Shown here: positions 1 through 10,835 of the stretch, one piece after another
Layout of the letters: the number at the start of each line of letters is the position of its first letter
Position numbering within the stretch: position 1 is the first letter of the stretch
NCBI GenBank assembly: GCA_002269645.1
Contig: NIVC01000639.1
Coordinates: 441,660-472,756 of the forward strand
Length of the DNA: 31,097 nt
Direction of reading: 5' to 3'
Source of the DNA: Macrostomum lignano
Taxonomy: Eukaryota
Program-made: the position numbers and the translations under genes
Notes under the pieces: generated by a model
Told to the model about the DNA's origin: nothing
Seen by the model: the letters and a program-made list of their open reading frames with translations, nothing else
Database searches by the model: none

Positions 1-109
1 GCCAGCTAACAATATGGTATTGCAGTAAGATTTGTGGTGATGGCAAGAATTTTCTTATACGAGCGTAAAATTAGTCAATTTGCAGTTCGCCCACAGCCAC
101 TGGCTCGGT

Positions 110-2056
110 TGGCCCCTGCCGATCACAGCCTGCAGCCGGTAGTTCACTGGGCCGACTTTCTTGACGACGGTATACGGACGGACTATCGTTCGACAGCGGC
201 TTGCACTGTCCGAGCTTCATTGCCAGGTGCGTGAACATCACTTGGAAGCCCCGCCAGATTCTCGCCTGCAGATCCGCGCAGTCCTTGCGGCAGTTTGCGC
301 TGTTCTCGCTCACCAGCAATCGACCAGCAGTCTGGGCTCCAAGCCCCGCAGTACCTTGTACGGCGATTTGCCTGTGGAGCTGTGCGCAGACCTGTTGCAA
401 ACCACATGACATTGGGCAGCAGTGCATCCCAGCTGGTTTGATTCCGACAGCATGTTTCCAAGCGTCCTGTTGAACCTCTCGATGTTTTCGTTTGCATCGG
501 AGTTTGCATTACTCTACTTGCAGTAGCATTTATGAATTTAGGATACTATACACTTGCTCCTCTGGCAGGTTAGGTGATCTAAAACTGCACCAGCAGAGAG
601 AGTTTCCGGCACGATGTTCTCCTTGCCAGGCCGATCCAGCGTAAGCTCTTGGATGAGCTGCAGCCAACGTGCTAGCCCTGTCGGCTCCTTCTCGTCGAGC
701 AGTCCGATGATCGGTGAACACCTGGATATTGCTGCTGTTGCTCAGGTACATGTAAAACTGCTGAGGCTGCGGCTCGCGTCGAAGTCGAACCGGTCGAGTC
801 GAACCGTCAGGCTGCACTTGGGCTAGGATAGCGCCCGCTTGAGTTGGACTGGCGTCGACGATCAGCCTGGATTGCAAGTCTTTGCTTAAGAATGCCAGCG
901 CCTGGCTACTGACTATCGTGCGCTGATGTCGATAAAAGCTGCTTCTTGATAGTCGCCCCACGTCCACTCTGCATCGTGCTTTGTTGGGTCTCGGAGTGGC
1001 CTGCGCTGTCGGACAGATTGCTAATGAAGCGAGCGACAAAGGTGGCGTGGTAACGAGGCCGAGGAAAGACCGGACCTTGGTAGTGTTGGTCGGTATTTTA
1101 AAGCATCTAATGGCCACCACCTTCTACGTGCTGGGATGAATTCCAGCTGCTGTGAGATGAAGTCGATTTCTTACTGCTCGAACTTGCAAGGTGATGTTTG
1201 GTCTCGTAGCCGCTACAAAGAGTCGCGCAGTCGCTTGTTGTGCTCTTCAATCCCAGCGCCGCACGCCGGTGAGTCCGCTCAGAACTGTCGTTATCACGTG
1301 CTGTAGAATTTCGGAGACTGAAGTGTAGCCCATTAAGAGGCACCTCAGTCGCATAAAGCCTAGTGGCGTTGAGAAGGTCAGGAGCTCCTCGAATTTTCGG
1401 CCACCTCGATTTAGTGGAAGGCCTTGGCGACATCAAACTCCAAGAAGCATGTTGATCCATCCATCTCGTCCGTAACCTCAAATGTGGGAATTGGTTGCTT
1501 CTCGGGAATCACGCATTTTCTACTGGTTTTTTTTAAAATCCTGGGTGATGGGGATCCGTCACTTGTCGTCCTTTGAAACAGCCACCATCCTTGAACACCA
1601 TGAGGTAGGTCCTAGCACACGCTCGATGATTCCCTAAGCAAGCTGCTTTTCCAGCTCTTTTTGATAGCGTCTCTTAGGTGCACTGGCATGCGCGACAGCG
1701 CTTGGCATGTTGGCATGGCTTCGGGGCGCAGCTTAATGGCGACGCGGACGCCTTTGACGCAACCGCTGCCGTGGAATCAATCCTCGAATTCAGTCAGGAC
1801 TCTCTGCAGCTGGCGATTGTCGTTAGAGTGCTGGTAGTTTTTTGTCCGATAAGACTGGCTGTGAATACGTGAATACAGGTTTCTGGTTGGCTTCCGGACC
1901 GAACCCACTTGTAGCATGTTCCTGGGGCAGCAGTTGCAAAGCCATGGCTCGCTCTTGCGACACCAATGTATTGACTAAATTGAAAGGCCGGAGTTTTCTG
2001 GGACGAAAGGCGAGCCCTGCTACTAGATGATCTGATCGATCTTTATTGATTTGCAA
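110..2056 (-). mobile_element. Decayed, internally deleted Ty3/gypsy LTR-retrotransposon pol (PR?-RT-RNase H-integrase C-terminus)
   Basis: Manual translation of the minus strand. RT N-terminus MPVHLRDA..KELEKQLA*GIIERVLGPTSWCSRMVAV (~1570-1700). RT/RH connection VRSFLGLV (~1050-1075). RNase H LIVDASPTQAGAILAQ (~810-870) and QVFTDH (~715). Integrase ANENIERFNRTLGNML (~450-497), AHSSTGKSPYKVLRGLEPRL (~330-390) and GPY/F-type PYTVVKKVGPVNYRL (~130-180). The order PR-RT-RH-INT is the gypsy order. Many stops and frameshifts. The protease call for 1823-2056 is weak. Confidence 0.9.
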
Positions 2057-2378
2057 AGAAGGTGTGCATCGTTAATGAACATTGTCATGGATGTACATTT
2101 AAATGTATGTAAAATATTCTAGTGTTGGCAGTACTTGTAGATGCTTGCAGCTCCGAAAAGAACTAGTACTTGAACCTTTAAAAAGCAGATATTTAACCAA
2201 ACTGAAAACTTCACAAAAATGGCCACTAGACTTTGACATTTGACTTTCCTGTTGTAATCCACGTCTATACTAACCTTTCGACAACCTTTTGCAATCAAAA
2301 CAGTTTTCTGTCCAGTGAGACAAATTCCAGCTTAAACAGCTGGCGTGTCATTGGTGATTGCAGCGCTTCAAAAAACAA

Positions 2379-2384
2379 TATAAA
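2379..2384 (+). promoter_or_regulatory. Candidate TATA box of PAN-LamG copy A
   Basis: TATAAA about 95 nt upstream of the ATG at 2477, inside the conserved duplicated upstream block. The equivalent site in copy B reads TCTATATT. Motif match only. Confidence 0.25.
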
Positions 2385-2476
2385 TTCGCATAGGGCGGCC
2401 TACGCGGGGTAGAGCCACCCAGCAAAGTCTAAAACAACTGATTCTGATAATACAACCTAAAACAGCATATATTACA

Positions 2477-3775
2477 ATGATAGTTGGTGTAATGTCGTTA
2501 TTGCTTTTGTGCTACCCAGCTATAGCATGCGAGCAATGCTCTGCCGTGCATGAGCTTCTGACCAACACCTGTCCGATGAGTGCTCTGTCTGGCCTGGAGC
2601 CCGCGACCGCTGCCGTTGAGTTCGAGTGCGTGCAGCACTGCACTCTGAATAGCTGGTGCCGACTGTCTGTGTACCTGACAGACAGTGGTGCCTGCTACGG
2701 CCTGCCCAACGTGACTTTAGTGACTGGCAGCTGCGGCCTGGTGCGAATGAAACTGGCCATCGTTTCCGGTAAGCTTTTAGCATGGCAGTTGATGCGGTCA
2801 GATTTGTCTCGCACAGGGTAAACAAGTGTGAACTATCATCATTTCACAGACGCATCAACGTCTGCAACTGCCTCTTCAATCGGATCAACTGGTTCCACGA
2901 CCAGCCCGACCAGCGCAACTGGGACTCAATCTCCGGTCACTGTAGCATCGACCACAATGGTGCAGAGTGTCTCCACAGCTGCCATTTCGTCCGGAGTGTC
3001 GAACCTGAGCTTCGCCTCAAGCGTACTGCTTTGGTACAATTTTCGAAAGGGTTTCATGAACCTGGCGAACCCGGGCCATTTCGATGTCTCACCTTTTGGT
3101 GTTGCGGATCAGATGCACTCAAAGGAGTTCGCCTCAACGGCTCCTCCAGTTCCTATCTTGAGGTTCATTCGACCAACTTCTTCAAAAACTTTAAATCCGG
3201 GAAAAGCTTCAGCTTCTTTTTTCAAGGGACTTTTGCCAGCAACGCGTCGTGAGTTTTCAGAAAATTCAATATTAATGTATTAGAGATTTTTAACGCGTTA
3301 TTAATCATTATTAACCACACAGCGGTTGCATACATTGCAGGCTTCGATGCATCAGTTCGTTTAGCAGCTGCTCGTACAACACCACCGTCAGCCACTTCAG
3401 CACTGACATCGCTGCCAGGATTTACTCTAAGACCTACTTTTCGACGGCTCCGAAGAATTCGCGTCGGTGGGCGCAGAAGCAGCTCTGCCGAACAACGGTT
3501 CTGAGCAAGTCCACTCTATTGGACTGGCCTTTATTGGTGAGGACAATGAGTACCTCGACGAGTGGTACTTGAATGGATTTTTTTACGATACCGAATCACC
3601 AGATACTGACGGTGATAGCCCCGCCGCCAACTCGACCTTCGACTGCTTGCGCATCGGCAACTGCTTCAGCGCTGGCCCTCGGCCCTACAACGGCTGGCTG
3701 CAGTGCTGGGGGTTTGTCAACAGCACTCTCAGTCTTCCCGAGTTTAACAGCCTTCGCCAATTGTGCAACTCTTAG
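2477..3775 (+). pseudogene. Secreted PAN/Apple - Ser/Thr linker - LamG/ConA-like gene, copy A (three 1-nt lesions; pseudogene or assembly error)
   Basis: Exon 1 is 2477-2768 (signal peptide, ECVQHCTLNSWC..GACY). Exon 2 is ~2827-3248 and exon 3 is 3323-3775. Relative to copy B, the exon 2 acceptor context is one base short (AAG|TGTG vs CAG|ATGTG), GG->G at ~3112 and CC->C at ~3442. Exon 1 differs from copy B at about 17 of 292 nt (hand count). Confidence 0.75.
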
Positions 3776-5080
3776 ACTGCGCGATCTGAATCCACGGCGC
3801 AGCCAAAATGGCCAGGACTTTGTAGAATTGCCAGAACCAACTAACAAATAATAACTAGGTAGAGGCTAGGTAAAAAATGAACGAAAGTGCGGAGTAATGT
3901 GTGCTGTGTCAAGTTTTGATGCGGATGAATGAAAAAAATTCTAAGCTTATTAGAAGCAGTCCAAAAATGTATCCTTTACATGTAACTTTGCCGCTCTCAG
4001 TATAATCGATTTCTAAGACTGAAATAAGCAAAGTGAAAAAAGGGCCTGCAGCAGTTACTACCACACACAAAGGCTTTAATTGTTGTGCTTGTTTGATCTC
4101 TCCAATAGAGTAACTTTTCTCTAGTTGGGAACAATTTTCATCATCAAGGATGCTGAGCTTCCTATCACGGGGCTATAATTTCTGTCGATCGGTTTTGAAA
4201 AAGCTTTCCCGAGTCAAAGTATCAGAAGTCCGTTAAACACACAGAGACTCCAATCGGCTGTTGAATCCGACATGCACAAAACCGGAGCAGCCGAGAGAGC
4301 TGTTTTGCATACTAGATCAAAAAGCAATCTTGAACAAAGCTTCTTTTCAAAGCAAGCTGTTTTAGTAAATTTTTTTAGTTCTGGTCACACTGACTGATTT
4401 ATTTACCAGAGACAAGGTCCGCTGATGAGTTACCCAATGCAGACTTTTTATAGTTAACACCAGTCGTTTACGCTTCGCATTCTGTCGTTTTGTTATTTTT
4501 TAGTTTTTATGCGCAGCGCCATCGAAAAGTCACGCATGCCTGCTTTTTTATTCTTCGATTGGGCCAAAATTGCGTTGACAAAAGCGGAGCCCTGCATTGA
4601 GCTGACAATGGTCGATAGCCTTTTCAGCACGCACAAACGTTGTTGATTTTTTAACCAAGCTGTACGTGTTCCTCTTCTTCACAAACCTTTCATTCTGTTT
4701 GCTCTGCTTTAAATCTGCTTACTTTTTTCTGAATATTCGCTACGATGCGTCCAAACAGATGTTTAATCCACTTATTTTTGTTTCTCTCAATGCGTAAGAA
4801 AATCTATTCATTTTTATCGATCTAAATGTTGCTCGTAGTCAACGTCTATACTCGTATATTGCCTTTTTTTAGACTATCACACACCTAATATAGATATAAA
4901 TTATGCTTTTCTTGCCTTCAAATCGTCAGCACTAACCCTTTAAATCTTAACCTACTGTAGTAAACCTAGTTCTGTAGCCCAGTCAATTCTGTCGGCTTCT
5001 TGAAGTCAAATTTGTAAAAACTAGATAGATACTATATTCTAAAAACTTCTGTCTTCAATTTTTTTATACGTGACTTCAAA

Positions 5081-5276
5081 GTGTAGAACAAGGTTGCTGC
5101 AACTCGGACTGCTACTCAATAGAGCCTACGAGCGAAATGTTACTTCACGAGTTTCCTATACGGATGGGGAACTACGCTTGTACTGACCAATCGGCTAAAG
5201 AATCTATCCCGTTGGGTTTTTATTTCAATTCGAGGCAAGATTACGGGCGCGCTCTCTGCACTACTTCCCAACGAGC
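5081..5276 (+). pseudogene. THAP zinc-finger relic (copy A)
   Basis: Translates as GCCNSDCYSIEPTSEMLLHEFP...RALCT, resembling the THAP pattern C-x2-4-C...HxFP...CSxHF. The conserved W and terminal HF are lost. Paralogous to 15906-16100. Confidence 0.4.
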
Positions 5277-5277
5277 A

Positions 5278-5321
5278 TGAGATGGAGAGTGCGAGAGTGC
5301 GAGAGGGAGAGTGCGAGATGG
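5278..5321 (+). repeat. Short (GAGAGTGC)n-type microsatellite
   Basis: GAGATGGAGAGTGCGAGAGTGCGAGAGGGAGAGTGCGAGATGGA; absent at the equivalent position of duplication copy B (~16098). Confidence 0.6.
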
Positions 5322-6599
5322 ATATATCACAGACTATCAGAACAGCAATGCCAAGGACAACTTAAGGTGAATATGAATAGAGCTATAAGAAAGGCGCAAC
5401 ATATTAAAAGATGAACTCTGGGTCTGCATCCTGTACAATAACAATTTTTGCGCTGAAAAATGAAAACTATCTATCGCTGTAGTGTATTTTTCGGCGAAAA
5501 GTTGCCTCTAAAAATTGCCATAGATTTTGAGTGTTGCTTCCCTCTACTTAAGTTGTCCTTGAGCAATCCTCGCTGGAAAGTACGCAGTTTCAACCACAGA
5601 TACTATGGTTTCAACACAGTTGCACACCGATTCCATGCCATTGCCTTCCTAATTCACTAAAGCAACCACCGATTTTAAGATCATATAGGATAAGTTGAGG
5701 CACCGGAAAAATTGACTCGTGCAGTACGGCAGATTTATTGAGTTATTATTTTATAGACGCTAATTTTGTCTAGAGTTCGAAGGGGGCATAGCCTAATGGT
5801 CTAGCGCAGCGCTCTGATGTGCCAGATTCCAAGTGCAGTTACATTAATTTGGGCTAAATTCGGGCTTGGGTCTACTCGTGCAAATGGCGCTCTTGAGGGG
5901 ACAATCAGCAATGCACGAGGAAGTGTACATGCCTAACGATAAATATAGTTTGGGGCCGCTGTACACTCCTGTGCGTATGACTGCGTACCTATCCGCGCGC
6001 TTCTGTGCCTGCTTAAGTCGAGTTGACCGAATGGGCAGTAATGCCTCTCGCCGGTTGTGTGACAATGTCGCCAAAAATGCGCCAGAGTGTAACACAGTCC
6101 CCTTCATCTAATAAAGGGGTCTGAATTTCTATGTGCTTCATACACAAGCGATGTTATATAGCGCTGCTGTGCGTACTTTCATTCGTCTGCTGCAATCCAC
6201 TTGAATTGAAAATTTCGAATTCTCTCAACTGTGGTTGTTTTGGTAAATCAATCTTTAATCTACAATCTTATTACTGTCAGTAAGATGGCCGGTAATTGAT
6301 TTTGCGGTTTTTCTATTCTGTGAGACTTTTAAAAAGAAAATGAGAATACGGAGGTTTTTGACAGAGCATAAAAATACAAATATCGTCACACTCGCATTGT
6401 GAATGCATATGTAAGAACAAGCCAAGACGAAAATAGGCTTAAGGCGTAGACCGACTCTTGGCTGCCCAGGGCGCCAAGCACTCACTTATATATTATGATT
6501 GTACATAATAGCAAAAGTACGTACGGGCTAGTAAACTTGCGTACATGCAATCAACTAATCAAACCATCTTACACATATATTTATTATACCCAATACTGG

Positions 6600-6965
6600 C
6601 CACTCAATAACTAAGACTTTATTAGCCAACAGGACAAAGGCGGAAGGCGCGGGGATGGCGAGGACGACGAAGGGCAGGCGAAGCGAGCCCGCTAGCAATT
6701 ACGAGTATATTTCGATAGTATTGAAGTTTAAAAGAAACAAAAATTGCTGAGTAAAACAGGAGAACCAAAATCATAGGATAAAAGAAAAAGCAAGGAAAAG
6801 CAGAAGAAAAATTGCGAGGGCAAACGCGCTGATCAGACCATCGCGCACGCACATAAAAGGCCAACCGCCCCAGCACCCGGCGCACCCCCACCCCCACACG
6901 CTGGCACAAAGAACAGCCCGCGCAAGCACGCACAAAGGCACAAAGTCAGCTAAACGCGATTACAG
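6600..6965 (-). mobile_element. Possible further LTR fragment (boundaries unresolved)
   Basis: GC-rich then pyrimidine-rich tract on the minus strand followed by AATAAA (~6618), similar in layout to the two solo LTRs. No convincing TG..CA ends with a TSD were found. Confidence 0.2.
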
Positions 6966-7442
6966 CGCCAGTAACCCAGCACTGATATCGCCAACTTATT
7001 CACTCATTCATTAGTCATTATTAGAATGCTATATCGAATGGGAAATTATTGACTTTAGATGCATTGTAAGAATCTCGACTGACTGAATTGCAATTCCAAT
7101 TGAGATTGCGCCACAACTTTTTTTCTCCACTGTGTAGGCCTCAATACTGGCTGCAGTGTGCAAGGGACAGGAAAATGCTTAATGGCTGCGTGTGTACATT
7201 CTGACTGCATAGACAATTGCTATTTATACGCCCGTAGATTTCACTCAACTGTGCATTGGCTCTGGCAGCACACAACCTGTGCACACTGAGCAGCCTATCC
7301 ACTGCTATGTGTTTGAATGAAGTGCTGAAGCATATATGGCTGATTTTCTCGTCCTCCAATCAACAGGCGGAATAGCCGCAGCTGTAGTCACTAGGACTAG
7401 GTTTAGGCGAGGCGTAAGGTCCCAGTTGCAAAGGTGACAAGC

Positions 7443-8119
7443 CCCAGGGCACGCAGGGTTTCCGGGGAACGAGCTGGCAGACACCCTCGCCAAGAGGGGC
7501 GGCTCTGGCTCTTTTTTCGGCCCTGCCCCCCTGGTCCCTATGCCCTTGACAGTCATCAATCGTCAGATCGACGACTGGGCTGACTCCCTCCACAGGGACA
7601 GATGGGCGGGCACCCAAAACTGCCGGCAATCTCGTGCCGCGGTTCCTTGCCCGTCTCACAGGCTCAGAAACATCCTTCTGAACCAGAATCGGAAGGATAT
7701 TCGAGCCCTTATCATGACCCTTACCGGCCATGGCAACCTCGCCAGGCACTGCTTCCTCCGAGGCGACCTCGAGAGCGAAATTTGCCCCTTTTGCGAGTGC
7801 GACAATGAAGATGCTCAGCACTTTGTCTGTCACTGCCCTTTCTTTAACAGAGACCGGCTACGCTACCTCGGGCCGAACCCGTCCATTGACGAGGTTTGCC
7901 AGCCCGACAGCATCCCACGGCTCATCCAGTTCCTTCGGGCGACTAGACGAGCCAGTTTCTTCCCAACGGAAGATCACGCTGCAGGACGGACCGGCGGACC
8001 ACCCTGACCGGCCCCACGCCTCTGCCTGTCTGCGGGCCTTCAGGGGCTAGCGGAATGGGCGACCCTCGCCTCCCCGCTGTGTCTACGGACCACCCTGCAG
8101 CTAAGTCAAGTAAGTAAGT
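7443..8119 (+). mobile_element. 5'-truncated non-LTR retrotransposon (RNase H-bearing, I-superfamily Loa/R1-like) with 14-bp TSD
   Basis: Uninterrupted frame 7444-8007: PGHAGFPGNELADTLAKRG (RNase H C-terminus), LTGHGNLARH, CCHC knuckle CPFCECDNEDAQHFVCHCP. 3' tail ..CTAAGTCAAGTAAGTAAGT. Identical direct repeat CAAAGGTGACAAGC at 7429-7442 and 8120-8133. Confidence 0.93.
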
Positions 8120-8299
8120 CAAAGGTGACAAGCTGCAAACTGCTGAGGTATTTCCTCCAGACTTATGAGCGTATAGCTGAAAACTGCTGAGGGGTAACAG
8201 CGGATTGCTTGGAGGATAATGGCAGAATTCTGAGGAGGATAACTTCATGGGTTCAACCATAAAACTCATTTGGAATTGCCAAGATATCAAAAGGTTAGT

Positions 8300-8760
8300 C
8301 GCTAAGTTTTTAAGCTCATTGGGGAATGGCTGAAATTATTGGGCTGAGACGCTGTGACTCGGCTGCGGGTTAAGGGTTATGGTTAGGGTTCAGTTATAGA
8401 AAAATCGTGTTAGCCATAAAGGATTCATGAGGGAATTGCTAAGATGCTGAGGCTTAAGGCTCATGGGGGAGTTGCCAAGATTCTACGACTCACTTATGAT
8501 GTTTGGGATAGGGCTTAGGGTCAGTTTTGGGGTTAGGATTCAATATAATAACGCTCTCTCAACCATAAATTACTTAGGGGGAATTGCTGAGACGTCAATT
8601 TTCATGGGGCTTTCAAAGATGTGAAGGCTCGCGGGGGAAATTTCTGAGATTTCAATGGTGTTTGTGGGAAATTGCTAAGATTTCAAGGATCATGAGGGGA
8701 ATTTCTGAGATGCCAAGGCTCATGTGGAAATTGTTGAGATATCTAGGCTCATAAGGGATT
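8300..8760 (+). repeat. Degenerate ~27-30 bp minisatellite (GGGGAATTGCTGAGATGTCAAGGCTCAT-like) with interspersed TTAGGG-like motifs
   Basis: Many imperfect copies, e.g. GGGAATTGCTAAGATGCTGAGGC, GGGGAATTGCTGAGACGTCAA, GGGGAATTTCTGAGATGCCAAGGCTCAT. GGGTTAAGGGTTATGGTTAGGGTT at ~8367-8390. Confidence 0.7.
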
Positions 8761-9076
8761 GCTGTGTTGTTGGGGGTGGGGGTTGGGTTGTTAGGCGATT
8801 GTTAGATAGTCAGTAGTACGTCCCAAGTAAGTTATTTAATTCAGTTAATGAGATATTCATACGTATGTGATACTGATTTCTGCTAATAGCAAATACGAGC
8901 GTATTTATAAGAGATTTGATTTTTTTACTTTAGGCTAAGTTACTTTATTTAGGCTAATAAAGTCCGTAATGGATTAGTGTATTGAGCTGTTCGGGCCAGA
9001 ATATAACTAGGCTAATGACGATGCGCACAAAGAGTTTTTGCTTGACGGGATAGGCGTTATTTGCTGATTGAGAAAG

Positions 9077-9772
9077 TGTGACGTTGTCAGTTTAAAGTGG
9101 TCCCGCAAAAGGGCCGTTGGACTACAATTTCTCATTTAACATTCTCCAATCTTGTATGCGCATGTTTACTTGTAGTAGCGCCCAACGAATCTGTATCAAT
9201 TGCTAATCATTGCGTACATTGTAATCTTTGCGTGCGTCTGTAGGGTCTTCGCGCGATCGATACTTTCTGTTTTTGCTTTTCCCCCGCCAGCCAATGGAAA
9301 CTCCGCGCATATATTATGCTAACCCTCCTGGGCTCCTTTATTAACCCCGCCTGGCGGCCGCCACGGCCCGCTCCGTCTGGGCCAGACTTGTTTACGCCTT
9401 CTCTCTCTCTCCGCTTCACTCTACCACGGGCTAGCCGCTTTCGCTAGGCCCTACTACGCTACTTTCCTGTCTGCCAGTTTGCCACTAAAGGCTGCCACCA
9501 CTGTCTACTCATCGCCATCGCTCTACCATTTGCGTCACCTTCATCAATCTGCTCATCATCCTACTTTATCTATTAAATTCAAACCCATTGTTGCAGCCGC
9601 CAGCGCCCCCGCGTGCCATAGCCTCTGTACTAACTTATATTGACAATTACAATAAACAAGCTGCGGCCCTTATTTATCTTGCCGCTGAATTGCCAAGTGC
9701 TACCGCTACAAATCTACTCCGCCATTGTTGAGTTCACCATCCTTTTAGGAACCTACAACTAAGAACGTCACA
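9077..9772 (+). mobile_element. Solo LTR (696 bp) with 9-bp terminal inverted repeat and 4-bp TSD
   Basis: Starts TGTGACGTT (9077) and ends AACGTCACA (9772). AAAG flanks both sides (9073-9076, 9773-9776). TATA-like CATATATTATG at ~9308 and AATAAA at ~9651. Related to 10836-12109. Confidence 0.85.
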
Positions 9773-9894
9773 AAAGGATTTAGGGCTGATGAAGGATTGC
9801 AGGAATAAAAAGTAATTTTATGTCTAATTAAAATCAACGTTTTGGCTGATTAATTATTTAAATTACTCTCGGGCACAAATGAAAGCCCCTTAGT

Positions 9895-9932
9895 GTCATT
9901 TTTGCGCCCCGAAAAGGGGGTTTAATGACTAG
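9895..9932 (+). mobile_element. Helitron-like 3' terminus
   Basis: CCCC-GAAAA-GGGG hairpin, then ~9 nt, then CTAG (9929-9932) followed by T. This resembles the ends at 10815-12130 and 25716-25750. Confidence 0.35.
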
Positions 9933-10023
9933 TCGTGGTTTGGCCAATTTTCTTCAAATTTTAATCGTTAGATGGGAAATTTTTCGGAATGAATACGCAT
10001 TGAGTTGAGATTTCTCAGTGTTA

Positions 10024-10082
10024 AGGGATTAAATATTCGAAAAACATGCTATTTTGCAAAGGTCAAGCAGACTTTTCGACTT
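10024..10082 (+). repeat. Dispersed repeat segment, direct copy at 25981-26040
   Basis: AGGGATTAAATATTCGAAAAAcATGCTaTTTTGCAAAGGTCAAGCAGACTTTTCGACTTGA is nearly identical at both sites; probably part of a non-autonomous DNA transposon. Confidence 0.8.
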
Positions 10083-10489
10083 GAAATGCTTTGGACAAGC
10101 GTACGAATGCAAGAGAAAAAAACTGACTGACTGAATTCTGACTTTGATAAAGACTGCATCACACCAGGCTTTTTATTTATCGTCTGTGCGCTGGCTGTGA
10201 ATTGCATCACAGTGTTGAAAATACAGTGTGAAAGCATGACACCGGACTTCATTGAAATTGCGTAACCATATTGTAAAATTTAATGGACACTGATACTCTG
10301 ACTGAGTAATTGATTATATCCTAACTGCTTCGAGTGACTTGCTCTAACCGACTTGGTGTGGGTGTTGAAATATAAGTCCTACAATTCATTTTATTAGACT
10401 GATGAGAGCTAGTCCGGATGTGAGCAGACTGAACTGCTAATGCAGCAACCTGAGTTTGAATCTTAGTTGTGTAAAAATTCTTTATAGAA

Positions 10490-10635
10490 AGATTGAGATG
10501 TCAAGGCTTAGGGGGGGGGAGATTGCTGAGATATCAAGGCTGGGAGGAATTGCTGAAATGTCAAGAATGACGGGGAGAATTGCTGAGATGGCAAGGTTTA
10601 CGGGGGGGGGGGTTGCTGAGATGCCAAGGCTTAGA
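10490..10635 (+). repeat. Second block of the ~27-30 bp minisatellite (about 5 units)
   Basis: GATTGCTGAGATATCAAGGCT, GAATTGCTGAAATGTCAAGA, GAATTGCTGAGATGGCAAGGT, GTTGCTGAGATGCCAAGGCT; same family as 8300-8760. Confidence 0.7.
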
Positions 10636-10835
10636 GGTCAGAAGCTACATGTAGTTTATTCAAAAAATTATTTCATTCTTTGTTGACTACTCAAATCTTT
10701 GTCCGTGACAATTTTACTCCGAATAACGTGATTCAAAAAACTGAAGAAGGAATGCTTTTAAGAAAATATGCCTTCATCTAAAAGATTCACATACGTAATT
10801 TTCGTCCCTTGCTTATTGGCCGCGCCGAAGGGGGG

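Larger units (their letters stand above)
2301..5683 (+). repeat. Segmental duplication copy A (paralogue of 12907-16466)
   Basis: Collinear shared blocks: CAGTTTTCTGTCC.. at 2301 vs CAGTGTTCTGTCC.. at 12907; the whole PAN-LamG gene; GTCAAAGTATCAGAAGTCCGTTAAACAC (~4212 / ~14925); GTAAACCTAGTTCTGTAGCCCAGTCAATTCTGTCGGCTTCTTGA (~4960 / ~15681); AAAGCAACCACCGATTTTAAGATCA ending at 5683 / 16466. Confidence 0.92.

Noticed and set aside
2782-3252. 156-aa Cys/His-rich ORF as a separate or overlapping protein
   Set aside because: It is the shifted frame of the Ser/Thr linker joined to the true LamG frame by the 3112 deletion. The same frame is closed by TGA in copy B, and no good splice route enters it.
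5782-5840. tRNA gene (GGGGGCATAGCCTAATGGTCTAGCGC..)
   Set aside because: It has an A-box-like 5' half only, with no B box/T arm and no complementary acceptor stem. At most it is a decayed tRNA-derived SINE head.
5844-6111. Short ORFs on both strands (81-87 aa)
   Set aside because: No recognisable motif, splice structure or codon bias; the same applies to most other sub-100-aa ORFs in AT-rich and repeat regions.
7360-7833. 157-aa minus-strand ORF
   Set aside because: Antisense shadow of the GC-rich LINE ORF.
8367-8540. Interstitial telomere / chromosome fusion site
   Set aside because: Only a few degenerate TTAGGG-like hexamers embedded in a minisatellite-bearing repeat; no pure or head-to-head array.
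10190-10300. LINE reverse transcriptase relic (KSGVMLSHCIFNTVM, minus strand)
   Set aside because: It resembles the GVxQGxxLSPxLFN motif but lacks QG, and no YADD follows; too weak to call.
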